A stretch of DNA of 63,452 nucleotides, counting the filler, from Reclinomonas americana ATCC 50394 (lineage: Eukaryota): NCBI GenBank assembly GCA_048213135.1. It is 5 parts of 2 records of this genome, joined end to end, with 100 filler letters (N's around TTAATTAATTAA, not from the genome) between each part and the next. Parts side by side here need not be neighbours in the genome. Positions count along the whole stretch, not along the records: positions 14,674 to 42,567 come from PS015278.1; positions 42,668 to 53,268 come from PS015278.1; 3 more parts are not named here. One strand, written 5' to 3'. Below are positions 34,901 through 48,052 of this stretch, piece after piece. The notes under the pieces were generated by a model. The model searched no databases. It was not told the DNA's origin and was given only the letters and a program-made list of their open reading frames with translations. Position numbers and translations under genes: made by a program. Every line of letters starts with the position of its first letter. The first letter of the stretch is position 1.

Positions 34901-36828
34901 ATCACCCGTGGCCGTTGATAGCTCGGTGCGTTGGTCACTCACTGTGGTTATCACGATGCCCGTTACTCAATTGCTGTTTGCGCAGATCGAGGAGTCCCTC
35001 AACCAGTCTCGTTCTCGGTGCGTTGCATTTGACGTGATGAACATTACTTGACTCCTTCGACTGGAACATCTCACATGCGTTATTGTTGCTGCCAATGGTG
35101 TAGATTGGACTCAAGCGCCATCTCTGAGGATATCAGTGTGGATCGCTCGCGAAACCAGCGGTACGTGCAGTCACAGCATTCGAAGACCCTGCTCGTGACT
35201 CATCACTTTCACGTGCATACAGTCGACCAGCGCCAGCACCCGTGTCATCGACAAACAACAAGGCAAGCCGGCAGGATGGTACGTGCAAGTTGGCACATGC
35301 AGATGCTCGATTCAGCTGACACACACGGCTCGTAACAGTGAGTTCGCCGGCCTCGGTTGCCTCCTCGTCGGTGGTGGAGAGTTACGACGACGACGATTTC
35401 GAGGAGGCCAGTGAAATGTCGAGCGCCGAGCAGCCGCAGCGAGGACCGGCGCGGCTTTTGTTTGCAGGACCCAAGTCCACCGTGCGCAAGTCGCCGGTGC
35501 ATAGCAAGTTGCGAGTGGATTCATTTGTGTCATTGTTTTCCAGTAATCAGGACACCTCACTGAAAACCATCGACAGTTCGGGTGAATCGTTCGACGAGGA
35601 GACGGTGTCGGAGGAGAACACTGCCGACGAGAAGGCAGCGCCAGCCAAGAAAGCGGTTCAACAGCAACAACAACAAAAGGCAGCACCAGTGGCGGCAGCC
35701 AAGACGCAGCCGGCAGCGACACGCAAAGTCGTGGCCAGCCCGAGCGTGGAATCGTACACCGAGGACTTTGACTCGGAAGATGCCGAGTCGGTTGTTGAGC
35801 CACCGGCGTCGGCCAAGTCCACGCCCACAACAGCAGCCAAACCCGCAATTAGCAATGTTGTCGCGCCACCACAGCCTCCACCAGCGCCGCCAGAGGTGAG
35901 TGCCTCCCAGCACGTGTTTCACGTGCATGCATCTGACTTTTACTATACACAGCCACCGGCTCCCGTCGTCGCTGCTGCGCAGCCACCACCAACCGCATCA
36001 CCATCCAAGCCGACTCCACAACAGGCGTGGCCGGAGAACCCCGACGGTACGACGCTGATGAGCGAGTGCTGTTTCTTTCTTCGCGCCCAGCTCAACTCTA
36101 CTGTGTTGTGTGCAGTGGTTCGCTTCGCGCAGTCCGACGACCGATTCCAGCGGCGCAAGAAGATGCGTCGGCGGCGCTCAGAAGTGTTCTCCGGCGACTC
36201 GTCGCCCTCGGAGACACTGCTCGGATCGCGCCGCGAGTCTGCGACGGGTAGCAGCAGTGGACGGCGCGCATCCACTGCACGCTCCGACGATCGCGAGTCA
36301 CTGCAAGCGGTGCCCGACCGACTGTTTCACCGCGTGGGTCGACTGCCACCGTCGGTCGTGGATGCGGTGCTGGACAAGAGAGACATTGAGGGTGAGTGTT
36401 GTGGAGTTCAAAGGAGACAGCAAGACGACGACTCACGTTGGTGTGGCACCAGAGCTGGCAAAGAGGGATCCCACACGACTCTTGGCCGACGAGCTGGTCC
36501 GGCAGCACGTGGTGGTCTGTGTGAATGTGATACTGTATGTGAGATTGAAGCCGTTCTCACTCCTCCCTTCACAGTTGATGCAGTCGTACGTGACCATGGC
36601 AAGCAATTTGACGCGCGGCTTTGCCGCCACCACACGCCTGTCGACATTCCAGTACACTACACTGGAGGATACAAAACGAGTGCGTTCTAAAGGAGGGAAA
36701 AGATGAGGCGAAAGGGTGCTCACTCTTAGTCGCGCGCGCAGTACATTGCGGAGAACCGACCGCCACCGCTAACGATGGAAGAGGCCATGCGATTGGTGGA
36801 AGAGGAGGAGTCACGGGAAAGCCGGTAA
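31938..36828 (+). CDS. Large intrinsically disordered protein with a C-terminal DUF4614 / C19orf44-like domain
   Basis: The spliced C-terminus FQYTTLEDTKR|YIAENRPPPLTMEEAMRLVEEE matches my recollection of the C19orf44 tail (YTTLE.TKEYI..HRP.PLTME.AL). Upstream exons are S/G/P/A-rich. Confidence 0.7.
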
Positions 36829-37074
36829 TTGTATAAAGTCGAGGAGGATTGTTTATTGTTGCTGAGCAGCGAAGAAGAAAGAACGCAAACTCCAACTTTG
36901 CAACTTGCGGATGTGATCAGAGGTCCTTATGCTCAGAGTGAAATGAAAAGCACAGTGAGCACGAAAGAAGGCAATGTATGGTGCTCCCCGACACGCGCCA
37001 TGGTGGGCGAGGGAGGGAGAGATGATGGAGCGTGAGACGAGAATAAACAGAGTCTGACAAATGCGAGAGATCAG

Positions 37075-37500
37075 TCATCTTTTTTCTCTCTCCTCTCTCA
37101 TCTCTCTCAGTTGTTTTTCACTCTCCTCTAACACTCTTTCGTGCTCATCTCTCCATTTTCTGCGCTCCTCCATAGTTCTTGACAATCTCTGTATCATCTC
37201 CTCGAGGAGGTGCACCTCCTTGGTCAGCTTCCTCACACTCTTCTCTCTCTCGTTGCTGTCGTGCAGGAGGAGGAAGGTGAAAAAGAGGCCGAGTCCAGCA
37301 GCAGCACCACTCATGAGTAGAGACGGATGCAAGAATAAACGAGAATGTCCTGCGAAGCGCGACTGAAGAAGGAGCGGCAAGAAGAAGGAGATGAGTAAAG
37401 GGCTGCCACCAGTGGCGAACAGGAGTGCCTGTTGCAGGTTGTAGGAGGCAAAGGAAACGCGGTGGAAAGTTAAACTTCGAGTGTTCTCTGCGAACACCAG
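37075..37500 (-). CDS. Possible small membrane-anchored coiled-coil protein (start unclear)
   Basis: Stop-free frame with hydrophobic segments (PLLISFFLPLLL, AAAGLGLFFTFLLL) followed by an E/K/R coiled coil. The only in-frame ATG upstream of the coil is near 37315. Confidence 0.35.
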   Translation of the reverse strand: MVFAENTRSLTFHRVSFASYNLQQALLFATGGSPLLISFFLPLLLQSRFAGHSRLFLHPSLLMSGAAAGLGLFFTFLLLHDSNEREKSVRKLTKEVHLLEEMIQRLSRTMEERRKWRDEHERVLEESEKQLREMREEREKR

Positions 37501-37687
37501 GCCTCTTAACGCCGCGGGCCTGGCTGCTGGGTGAGAATCAACAGCGCCATTGAGTGTGTGGGATACCACCTGCTGCTGTCGCGCGCGATGGATGGTAGTG
37601 AAGTTGTTGTTTGACCTCGAAGTCGATGTCCCACGCCAGATGCATCTCCCCGTCACCTCTACATTAGCAAAGCACACAGAGCACAGA

Positions 37688-39088
37688 ATGGCTGACGCAG
37701 GAGTACCGGAGCTCGATCTGGGCGGCAAGAAGAAGAAGAAGACTACTTCGGGCGACAAGGCCGACAAGCCCGTCAAGGCCAAGAAGACCTCGTCAGAGAC
37801 ACCCACACCCACACCAGATGGTACGTGATGCGCCCTCACACCTCACATGCACGCGCGCGTGCGTGTGCGCGTGTGCCACGAAAGTGTCGATGTCTTGATG
37901 TACCCTTTCGTTCTCGCACACACACACGCACGCACACACTCTCATCCCACACTGGTGCCCGCACACAGCCTCTGCTCTCTCTCTCTCTCTCTCACACACA
38001 CATACGCGCTCACTCTTGCGCCTTGTGTATGTGTTGTCCTTGTGCAAGTGATGTCCATGCTCATCACTCTCTCTCTCTCACACACACAGACGCCCCCGCA
38101 CTGGAGCTCGGCGAGAAGAAGAAGAAGAAGAAGGTGGTGAAGAAGTCAGCAGACAGCGAAGGCGGCGACACCACACCCGCAGCTGAGGGTGGCGAGGAGC
38201 CCGAGTTGGTCCTGGAAAAGGCACGCTCTCTCTCTCTCTCTCTCTTTCTGCCCTCCTCCGCACTCACGCGCGCTGTGTCACGGTGTGCAGAAGAAGAAGA
38301 AGAAGAAGACGGTCAAGTCGGAGGGCGAGTCGGCCGAGTCGACGCCGACAGCAGCAGCAGCGACGGAGAAGCCGAAGAAGAAGAAGCCTGCGCCTGCGCC
38401 AGTGAGCAACGATGCAGAGGGAGGTGCGAGTGATGATGACGTGGAGGCAGCGGCAGGCGATGATGCAGGCGGTGACGACGATGATGATGGAGAGGACGAT
38501 GGAACGGGCTTGTCGCTGACGGAGCAGGTGGAGGGCGAGGAGGAGACCATGGGTGGACTCTACTCGTACTCGTTCCTGCTGGGCCGCGTGCTCGACATTA
38601 TGTCGTCGCGCAACTTGGGAGGCGTGCGGAAGCGCACGCTCAAGCCGCCGCAGGTCGTCAAGGATGGCGCGCGAAAGACCGCCTTTACGAACTTTATCGA
38701 AATGTGCAAGTCGATGAATCGTGAGCCCGACCACGTGCAGGCCTTCTTGCTGGGTGAACTCGGTACCACTGGCAACCTCGACGGCAACGATGCGCTCATT
38801 ATGCGCGGTCGCTTCCAACCCAAGGGCATCACCGCCATTCTTCGTCGTTACATTAGTTGCGTGCGCCCAACTGCGGTTGTCTCTCTTCATCTCTTTCCCC
38901 CGGCCTGTCGCTGACTGCTTGTGTTAGACGAGTACGTGGTGTGCCACATGTGCCGAAGTCTGGAGACGGTACTAACAAAGGACCCGGCGACAAGGCTGAT
39001 CCGATCACAATGCGAGAACTGCGGTGCCAGTCGCTCTGTGCAGTCGATCCACAAGGGCTACACGGCCGTCATTCGTCGTCGCAAGTGA
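37688..39088 (+). CDS. EIF2S2: Translation initiation factor 2 subunit beta
   Basis: Poly-Lys boxes, YSYSFLLGRV, LKPPQV, FLLGELGTTGNLDG, LRRYI|NEYVVCHMC...CENCGASRSV zinc ribbon; exons 37688-37820, 38090-38220, 38291-38855, 38928-39088. Confidence 0.96.
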
Positions 39089-39311
39089 GCGGGATTGTGG
39101 TTGTTGTTGGTGGTGGTGGTGGATTGGAAGCTGGGAAAGTACCCGCGAGTTCGTTGACGGAGTGAAAGTCGGATTGGAAGCAACCAGGAATCAGTGATCA
39201 GCACGCGCACAGGCAGAGTGTGTTCTTTGTGTGTGTGCGTGTGTGTGTGTCACTGGGGAGGAGAGTGAGACAGAGTGTGTGTCTGAGTGGACTCGCTGCG
39301 CACGATCAAAG

Positions 39312-42300
39312 ATGAACGACGAGCTCATGTCGTTGCTCCAAAGCCTCCAAGCCGGCATCATGGGTGGTGAGCGTCTCTCTGTGTACACACACACACACAT
39401 ATTATCTCTGTCTGTCTGTCTGTGGTGCGACACGAGCGCGTGAGCATCAGCTGTCAGAGAGAGAGATTGAGTGAGACTGTTTGAGGACCTCACTCCGAGA
39501 AACACACACACAACTTGCGCGCTGAGTGTGTGTGTGTGCTGTCGATGAGCGCATGTGACTGTGTGAAGAGAGAGAGAGAGCACGCGTGTGTGTGTGTGTG
39601 TGAACATCCAATCATCATCATCATCATCGGTTGAAGAGGAGTGAGCAAGAGAATCCCTTTTTTGCCCACACTCGACACCAATTCTCTTCTCTCAATGAAG
39701 GTGGCGGTGGTGGAGGCGGCGGAGGCGGAGTCTTTGGTGGTCTCCTGCGCGGCTTGCAAGCCGACGAGGAGGCGGTGCAAATGGAGAGTCTGAACGAGCT
39801 CTGCAACGTGCTCAGCATGTCCACCGAGGAGAGTCTGGGTGGTGCGTGGAGCTTGCCAGTGTGTCGGCTTGCTGGCGAGGAGTTGACCATCTTGTCTGTG
39901 TGTGTGAGTAGGAAGCGGCTTCTCGGTGGACAACTATGTGCCGACTCTGGTGCACTTGCTGGAGATGGAACACAATCCCGACATTATGCTGCTGTCTGCG
40001 CGTGCGCTCACCTATCTGGTGCGTGTGTATGCGTATGTGCGACTGTGTCGATTGCAGTGTTGTTTTTTACTCACGCGATGGGCCTGCAGGTGGAAGCGCT
40101 GCCGCAGTCGGCCACGTCGATTGCGGCGCGTGGTGGTGTCAAGGCGTTGTGCGAGAAGCTGTTGGTGATTGAGTACATTGACTTGGCGGAGCAGGCGCTG
40201 TTGGCGGTGGAGAAGATGTCGGTGGAGAGTGGCGACGCTGTCCTCAAGGTATCGGCACTTGTGTTGCTTTCTCTCTTCTTTGTCTGCTCACACTTGCGCA
40301 GGAGGGCGGTCTGATGGCCGTGCTGTCGTTTGTCGACTTTTTCCCCATGCACTTGCAACGCACGGCGGTGACGGCAGCGGCCAACATGCTGCGTGCACGC
40401 ATTCCGCGTGACTCGTTGCACTTTGTGCGCGACGCGGTGCCGCTGCTGGAGAACCTGCTCGTGTACAGCGACGGCAAGAGTTGCGTGTGATGTTTTCCCT
40501 CTGCCTTTGCTTGTGCAAGCGGGCGTGCTGACGGGGTTGCAGTTGTGGAGAACGCCTGTATGGCGCTGACCCGTGTCGGCGACGCACTCGCCCGTGACAC
40601 CAGCAACATTGCGCCGGGTCAGTCGCTGTCGGCGCTGATGCGCACACGCTCGTCACAGGCTGCAGCGGCGGCGGCAGAGGAAGAGGTGTCGCCCGAGGAG
40701 CGCCGAGCTGGACTGCAGTGCATGGCCACCGAGTCGCTAGTGCTCCGTCTCTTCAATGTGGTCTCGATGGGAGCCGAGTCGCAGCTGCTGAGGTGCAGGA
40801 GTGTGAACTTCTTGTGTGTATCCATGTGTTTGTCGAGCTGACTTTTTGTTTCTCGATTGCAGTGAAACCACTCGTTCCTCTGTGCTTCGGTTGATTGTGC
40901 GTCTGGTGTCGACGCATCGGCGTCTCACACTCGGCCTGCTGCACGGCAATGCCGCGCAAGTGCTCGCCTCCGCACTCGCTGCCGGTGCGGTGTCCGTCCA
41001 GCTCTCCAAGCGCGTCGAAGAGAGCACTCACATTTGGTTGATTGCAGGAGCAGGAAGCAGCGGTGCGGCCATGGGTGGACAGGAGGTGTCGTCCGACTTT
41101 GTCGACGGATGCATGCGCCTGTTGTGTCAGATGCTGCCAGACCTGGAGCAAGGTGTGTGTCTCCTCTAAAGCCGCTACTACAACAGTAAATTCGTGCTCA
41201 CGTGCTTGAGGAGCAGACACTTTCGAGGCACTGGCCGAAGCGTCGTCGCAGATTGGAGCCGGTGCCACAGGGAGGGAGTTGCAGGATGCGTGGTCAGAAG
41301 AGTTTGCGTTGTACACGGACTTTTGTACGGTGCGTGGTCGTCTATCTTAATCAGTGCTTCTTCCGTGACTCATCACCCATTTATGTGTCTCCCCTAATTC
41401 CAGCGCATCTTGGCGCCCGTGATGCACGTGTTCGCCTCGGCTGTGTTCCCCTCGGTGCGCCACTCGTCGCTCATTGTGTGCGCACGAGTCGTCCAGTCGG
41501 CGCCTGCCGAGGCGCTGCGTGATGTGCTGCGAGTTGCGCCATGCCACACTCGCGAATGCACACAAAAGTTGACACCAGGCACTGAACTCTTGCTTTGTCG
41601 CGCGCAGGACGTGCCGTTCTCGTCGTTCATTGCCAGTCTCATGGGAAGCAGCGATCTCGGCATTGTGGCCACCGCCATGGAACTGGCGGAGGTGCTCGTA
41701 GATAAGCTGCCCGACATTTATCGTGCGCTCTTTATCCGCGAGGGAGTGACCACGCAAGTCCGTCGCCTGGTGCAAGGGTTTGTTGTGAGCCCACTTTAAT
41801 CATTACAACCACGGTGTTCTCATACAGCTGGCGCAGGCGCTCGGGTCGTACGGTACCTGCTGTCGTCAAGACAACTTCGTTTTCCCCGGGAATGCCGCAC
41901 GTCAGCCGAAGCTTTGACGCGGCACAGTCGCCGTCGTTCTTGCACACGCTGTCGGACACCAATCTCACGCATCTCGGTGAGAAAAGCGCACGTGGAACGT
42001 TTCTCGCCTCTCATCTTGTGCACTCATCAGCGGTGCAGATTTGGAGGGTGTGGTGGTGCAGCAGGCGCGACGGTTGGAGCGCAAGTATCTGGAAACTGGC
42101 GCGGATGAGGATGCGATTCTGGAGAGCGAGCAGCTAACGCGGCTGCGCGAGGTTTGTGCGATCAGCCGCTTTCGATAAAGGGCATCATCGTCTCACCTAC
42201 CGTGCTGTTAGTTGGCGGACCAATTGCTCCAGTGCATGATGGACCACCAGCGACAGTTCGAGCGCCTCAATCACCCAGAGGTGATGCCGTCGGTCGAGGA

Positions 42301-45300
42301 GGAGGAGGAGATGCTTGTCGGTCATGTCGGTGACGAAGGTGTGCATGGGGTGGAGAGGAATAGTTGTCATCGCTCGTGCTGAACGCCACCTTCACAGGAA
42401 TGGACGACGACGGTGCGCAGGCCGCCATGTCCATGTCGCTGTGCTCGGAGGACAAGATCGGTGGCGCGCCAGCGTGCGCCGGTGGCGATGAGTTCTTCAG
42501 CAGCCCGCCGGCATCGCCGGGCATGCCGGGCGACGAGCGTCGCTCGCAAGGATGGCCTCGCTCCACANNNNNNNNNNNNNNNNNNNNNNNNNNNNNNNNN
42601 NNNNNNNNNNNTTAATTAATTAANNNNNNNNNNNNNNNNNNNNNNNNNNNNNNNNNNNNNNNNNNNNGCTCACATTGACATGTCGGCACTGCGGGTCTGT
42701 GTTTGAGCGTGTAGGTGGGGGAGATATTGTGCACATGAGCTCACCAGTGGTCGATTGATTTTTGCAGGATTGCCTCACTGGTGTCGCAGAGGCGGTGGCG
42801 TCGCCCGACGGAATCAGTGCGTTTGAGATGACGAGTTCGCAGATCATGTCTGCACTCTCCGATATGCTGGGCGACAACACGCTCGACAGCGGCCTGCAAC
42901 TGTGCCGCATCATTACCTTCCTCCGCGTGTTCTCTTCGACAGGTTCATTTGTAGCTCGTATGGGACCATCCCTCCTTGTACTCACTTGTCACGCCCGCAC
43001 GCAGGTACTTCGCACCCGGCCGGAAACGCTCTGATGGCGTTGGTACAGCGTCTGGTAGCCGTGGTGGAGAGCACCGAGCGATTCCCAGTGCTGGTCGTCG
43101 ACGACATGCCCAACACCATCGCAGCCTTCCGCGTTTTGTCNNNNNNNNNNNNNNNNNNNNGCAGCCCTTCAAAGTCCGCCTCCAGCGGCGTTGCGTCGTT
43201 GAACGTCGTCTAGTGAGCTTCGTGGCTCGTCTCACTCTTCGCGTGCACAGAGGGGACTCAGCAAGCATCGCCATCGCACAGCAGCTCATCGCGCGGCCGT
43301 CTGGAGGCTGCCTTGAGCAGCGCGCTGAATTCTCAGTCGCAAACAGTGCTCATTGAACCGCTGGCCACGGTCGGCGCCATTGAAGATTACGTGGCGCAGC
43401 GCATCGAGAAGGTTGGCGGACGCGCATCTTCGGCCGACGACGACGGTGGTGACAGGTGCGATGCAGGGCACGCCTGTATTTTCGACCGCATTCCATCCAC
43501 TGCTAACCTTCTCTTTGTCGTCTCTCCAGTCGCAGCAGCTCCGACGAGCGCACCCGCGTCAATGTGATGATCAATGGTGTGGTGTTGAGCCGCGCACTGA
43601 CGGTGCTGCAGGCGATTCATCAGTTCGAGGAGCACAGTTGCGATGGCTGTGTGACTCGCTTCTTCATTTTTAGTAATGCTCACTTTGATGGGCGCGCAGG
43701 TGGCGCCGAGTCTACTGCGTCCCCCAAGAACGGCATTCGTCACTTGTGGGACCGAGGTGTGTGCATGGGTGCTGTTTTGTTGGTGTCCTTCTCCTTCATC
43801 CGGCCGCTCACCCTGCCTGTAAATGCGCAGTGCACACCATCGAGTACACGGTTGGCGCTCGTACCTCCCGCCGTATCAGCACCTCCATGGGACCACCGCT
43901 GGCCGCGGCCGCAGCACATCGTCGACGCCGCGCGGCACCGCACAAGAGTCCAGCGTCTTTTGTGTCGGTGCGTGTCTGTCTGTACTTTGTTGACCATTGT
44001 CAAATCGTGCTGTGCTGATCGCCGCGGTGCGCGCGCGCGTACGTAGGATGCTTCGGAGTGTCCAATTCAGATGGGCGTGGGCCCATTGGGTGCCCTCGAG
44101 CGTTTCATGAGTGAGCTGGCGCTGCGACAGCAGAGCGCCGACACCGATCCGCTGTCCACAGAAGCGACGCGTGCCTACGGCCACTACGACAGTGGTGATG
44201 CCGACTGCGATGCAGCGCTCGCCTTGCTGTCGACCATCACTGCTCTCAGCCAGTACGCGCCTCTTCTCCTGCAGTATTCGCATCCGCTGGTGGACGACTT
44301 GTTCGATGGTTCGTTCCACCCAGACAGCCACGCGTTATGACACCTGTGCTCACTCCTCGTTTTGTTGCCGCAGAGGAAGACGACGATTCGGTTCCCACGC
44401 AAATGGATGCCGATGATGCACCGGCCGCGGCTAGCGGTAGTACGGTGTGTCTCTCTAATTGTGTTGGAAGAGAGAGGAGAGGAGACGAGGCTGGAGACTC
44501 ACAGCAGTCGTACAGGCTCTGTCGATTGTCACTCCGACATCTGGCGAACCGGCGGCTGCCAGTGGAGATTCCGCGGCCAAGGGACTCTCGGCTGCGCGTG
44601 CCAAGGCCATTGCCGCCGCTCATGTGCCACACAATCTGTTGTACAGCCCGCAACTGACGGCCAAGTTGAGCCGACAGCTGCAGGATCCCATCTTGATTGG
44701 CTCCGGAACGGTGCCGGAGTGGTGCCTCGCCATTCCGCTGCACTATCCGTACCTCTTCACGCTGGAGGCCAGGTTTGTGCACACACACACAAAAGTACAT
44801 GCTGTGCACTGTCCGCCTATTCATCCTCTGTGTGTGTGCAGGCGTCTGTTTGTCAGCATGACGTGGACAGACTCGAACCGTGCGCTGTCCAAGCTGCAGG
44901 ACATGTTGGGTGATCGTTCTCCGTCGTCGGACGCACCACGACCTGCACGGGCAAGGAAACACAAGATCCGCCTGTCACGCCACCGCATGCTCGAGTCGGC
45001 GATGAAGGTGATGGAGGTGTATGGCCAGCAGCGCGGTATTCTCGAATTCGAGTACTTCCACGAAGTGGGCACTGGACTGGTGAGCAGCGAGAAGGGCGGT
45101 TTCCCACCGGCTGTTGGTACTCATCTCTTTGTTGGTAGGGCCCAACCATGGAGTTCTACGCGCTGGTCTCGCTGGCGCTCCTCCACCGTCGGCTACGCTT
45201 GTGGTGGGACATGGGCGACTCGCGTGATCCTCGCAGCCCGCAACGTACCAGCAGCGGCAACTTGCTCAGTGCGACCGGTTCACTGCTGTACACGCCAGGG

Positions 45301-48052
45301 TCGCCACCACCGTTGGCTCCTTTCGAGGAGAGTGATGGTGGTCGTCGCGACAGCGGCATCTTCATGGCGGAGGACGAAGAGGAAGGCGGTGATGGTGCGC
45401 ATCACATGTTGGCGGATGGCGAAGACGAGGAGTTTGGTGGTGGCGATGGTGGCGACGACGAGGATGCTGGAAGCCCGCGTTTGTCTGCCGACTCGTCGCG
45501 TCGTTGCGTTCGCAATTGTGTTCTCGCATGTCTGTTTTTTTGCTAAACTTGCACATTGCCTCTTGTCTTCATTTCACGCGCCTGCAGGAGAGGTTTGGTC
45601 ATTGTCATGTCCCTCCCAGCAGAGATTCTCTTGAAGTTTACTCTTTGTTTTTCCTCTTCCAACGCAGGAGCCTGTGCCGACACCGTTGAGTCGCGATGCG
45701 CTGGATGGCGACCGCTACGTGCAGTCGCCATTTGGCGTGTTCCCGCGGCCCATCGATCCGTCCAAGCCGCCACCCATCGTCATGTATGTGAGTGTGGCGG
45801 TGACGAATCACTCAGCCGACGATCCCGATCCCGAACCAGAAGACCCGGATGCGGAGGGTGATGGTGAGGATCACATGCGGCTTCCACTCCTCGCTTTTCG
45901 CCGTTGTGTTGAGTTGTGCGCGTCTCTTGTCGCAGATCCGATGGGCGGCAGCGGCAGTGGAAGCGCACGAGGCGACAGTGGACGGCCTGATGCCGAGGTC
46001 GGCGCTCCCGGCGAACACGACGATGATGGCGATGACGACGGTGGTGCGGAGAGCACGCCGGCTGCCGGACCATCAACAGCGGCCGCAGGTGGCAGCAGCG
46101 GCAGCAGCAGCAGTGGGCGGCCACGCCAGTCGGTCGACTTGGTGCAAGTGTTCTACTTCCTCGGTGAGGATGCACAGAAGAAGAACAGTGTGTATGAGAG
46201 GGGAAGGTGCTCACCCTTCTTGAACCTTGTACAGGCCGCTTCTGTGCGCGCTCACTACTGGACGAGCGCCTGCTCGACATTCAGTTCTCGCCCATCTTCC
46301 TAAAGGCGGTATCTCGGCGCGACCAGCCGCTGTGCTTTGACGATTTGCACTTTGTCGACCCGGCTCTGCACTCGCAGCTGCTTATGTTCAACGAGTTGTG
46401 CGCGGAGAAGCAGCGCATCCTCAACGATCAGTCGCTGGTGAGCGGATATAACAACCTGTCTTTTTACCTTGTCTCTGCCACTCACTACACACGCAGTCGG
46501 CGGAGGAGCGGAGAGCACGCGTCAATGCACTGGGACCGAGTGGATGCCCGGTGGAGGACCTGTGCCTGTACTTTACGCTGCCGGGCCCCGACAGCTTTGA
46601 GTTGAAGCCACGAGGTGCCGACACGCCGGTCACCATCTGGAATCTTGAGGTGTGTGTCGCAGAGCGTAAGTGTGCGTGTGTGTCGTGACGCTCAATGTTT
46701 CCCCACTACGCAGGAGTACCTCGAGTTGCTGGTCAGTGTGATCCTCCACTCGGGCGTGGAGCGTCAGCTGGCGTCCTTCTGCAGCGGTTTCAATGAGATC
46801 CTGCCAATCGAGAAGCTGCGCGTGTTTGCCACTGCCGAACTCGATCAGCTGCTGTGTGGCGAGCGGCTGATGTGGACTCGACGAGGTCAGTGTGGGAGAC
46901 TCTCTTTTTTCTGTCCCTGTCTCTCTCTGTTTGTATGTCTCTGCCTTTCGCACTCTGTGTTTTCTGGTCGCGCTCTCTCTCTCTCCCTCTTGCACTCTCT
47001 CCCCCTCACTCACCCTCTCTCTCCCTCTCTTTCTTGTGAGGCCTCTCTCCCTCTCTTGTTTATCAGGCCTCTCTCCGCACTCTCCACGTGCTATTTACTG
47101 TTCTCTGTACCTCTCTCCCTTCTCCCTTCTGTCTCTATCCCTCTCTATCTTTCTTCCTAACTCTCCCTTGCTAACTCTCCCACAATCCCTTGCTCGCTCT
47201 CTCTCCCTCTCCTCTCCCTCTTCTCCCAGCTCTCTTACTCTCTGCATCTCTTCCCTGTCGGGCCTCTCTCCCACTCTCTCTCTCGTTCTCTTTATCTCGT
47301 TCCATGCACTCTCTCTTTCTTTCTCGCTGTCTGTCTGCCTCTCTATTACTCGGTCTCTCTTTCCATCTATATCTCTCCCGTTGCTGTATTCACTCTCTCA
47401 CCCTCTGTCTCTCTCCATTCTCTCTCGCGCTCTTTCTCTCGCATTCTCTCTCTCTCTCTCTCATCTTGGTATTCTTTGCACTTACTCTGTTCTCTCTCTC
47501 TCTGTGAGACTGTCTTTGTCTCTGTCTCGTATTTCTCTCTGTCTCCCTCACTCATTCCCTCTCTGTCTCGTTTCTCGCTCTGTGCGATAATCTTGGTTCT
47601 TCACCTGACACCACCATCGCGCACAGACCTGGAGGAGTACACCGTGTGCGACCACGGCTTCACGCACCAGAATCCCACCATTCAAATGCTCTTCGACATC
47701 ATGTGCGAAATGTCGCCGGCCGAGCAGCGCCAGTTTGTGCAGTTTGTGACGGGCACACCCAATCTGCCGGTCGGAGGTGTGTGTGTGTGTGTGTGGTGCT
47801 GAGCGGAAATGGAGACTGTGAATTGCTGACCGCGCGTGTGCATGCACAAACACAGGGCTGAGAAGCCTGCGGCCACCGCTGACAATTGTGCGCAAGACGG
47901 GCGAGACCATGGCGCAAGAGGAGGAGTACCTGCCTTCGGTGATGACGTGCACGAATTACCTCAAGCTGCCGCAGTACACCAGTCGCGACGTGATGCGGGA
48001 GAAGCTCACGTTTAGCATCAGCAACGGGCAGGGATCGTTCTACTTGTCGTAG
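39312..48052 (+). CDS. ARM-repeat HECT E3 ubiquitin ligase (UPL3/TRIP12/Ufd4 family)
   Basis: [114 protein letters not shown]. The gene continues across the 42.6 kb linker. Confidence 0.93.
46886..47627 (+). repeat. Expanded CT-rich low-complexity intron within the HECT domain
   Basis: GTCAGT...GCACAG intron of ~740 nt, almost entirely degenerate (CT)n; roughly ten times the local typical intron size. Confidence 0.8.
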
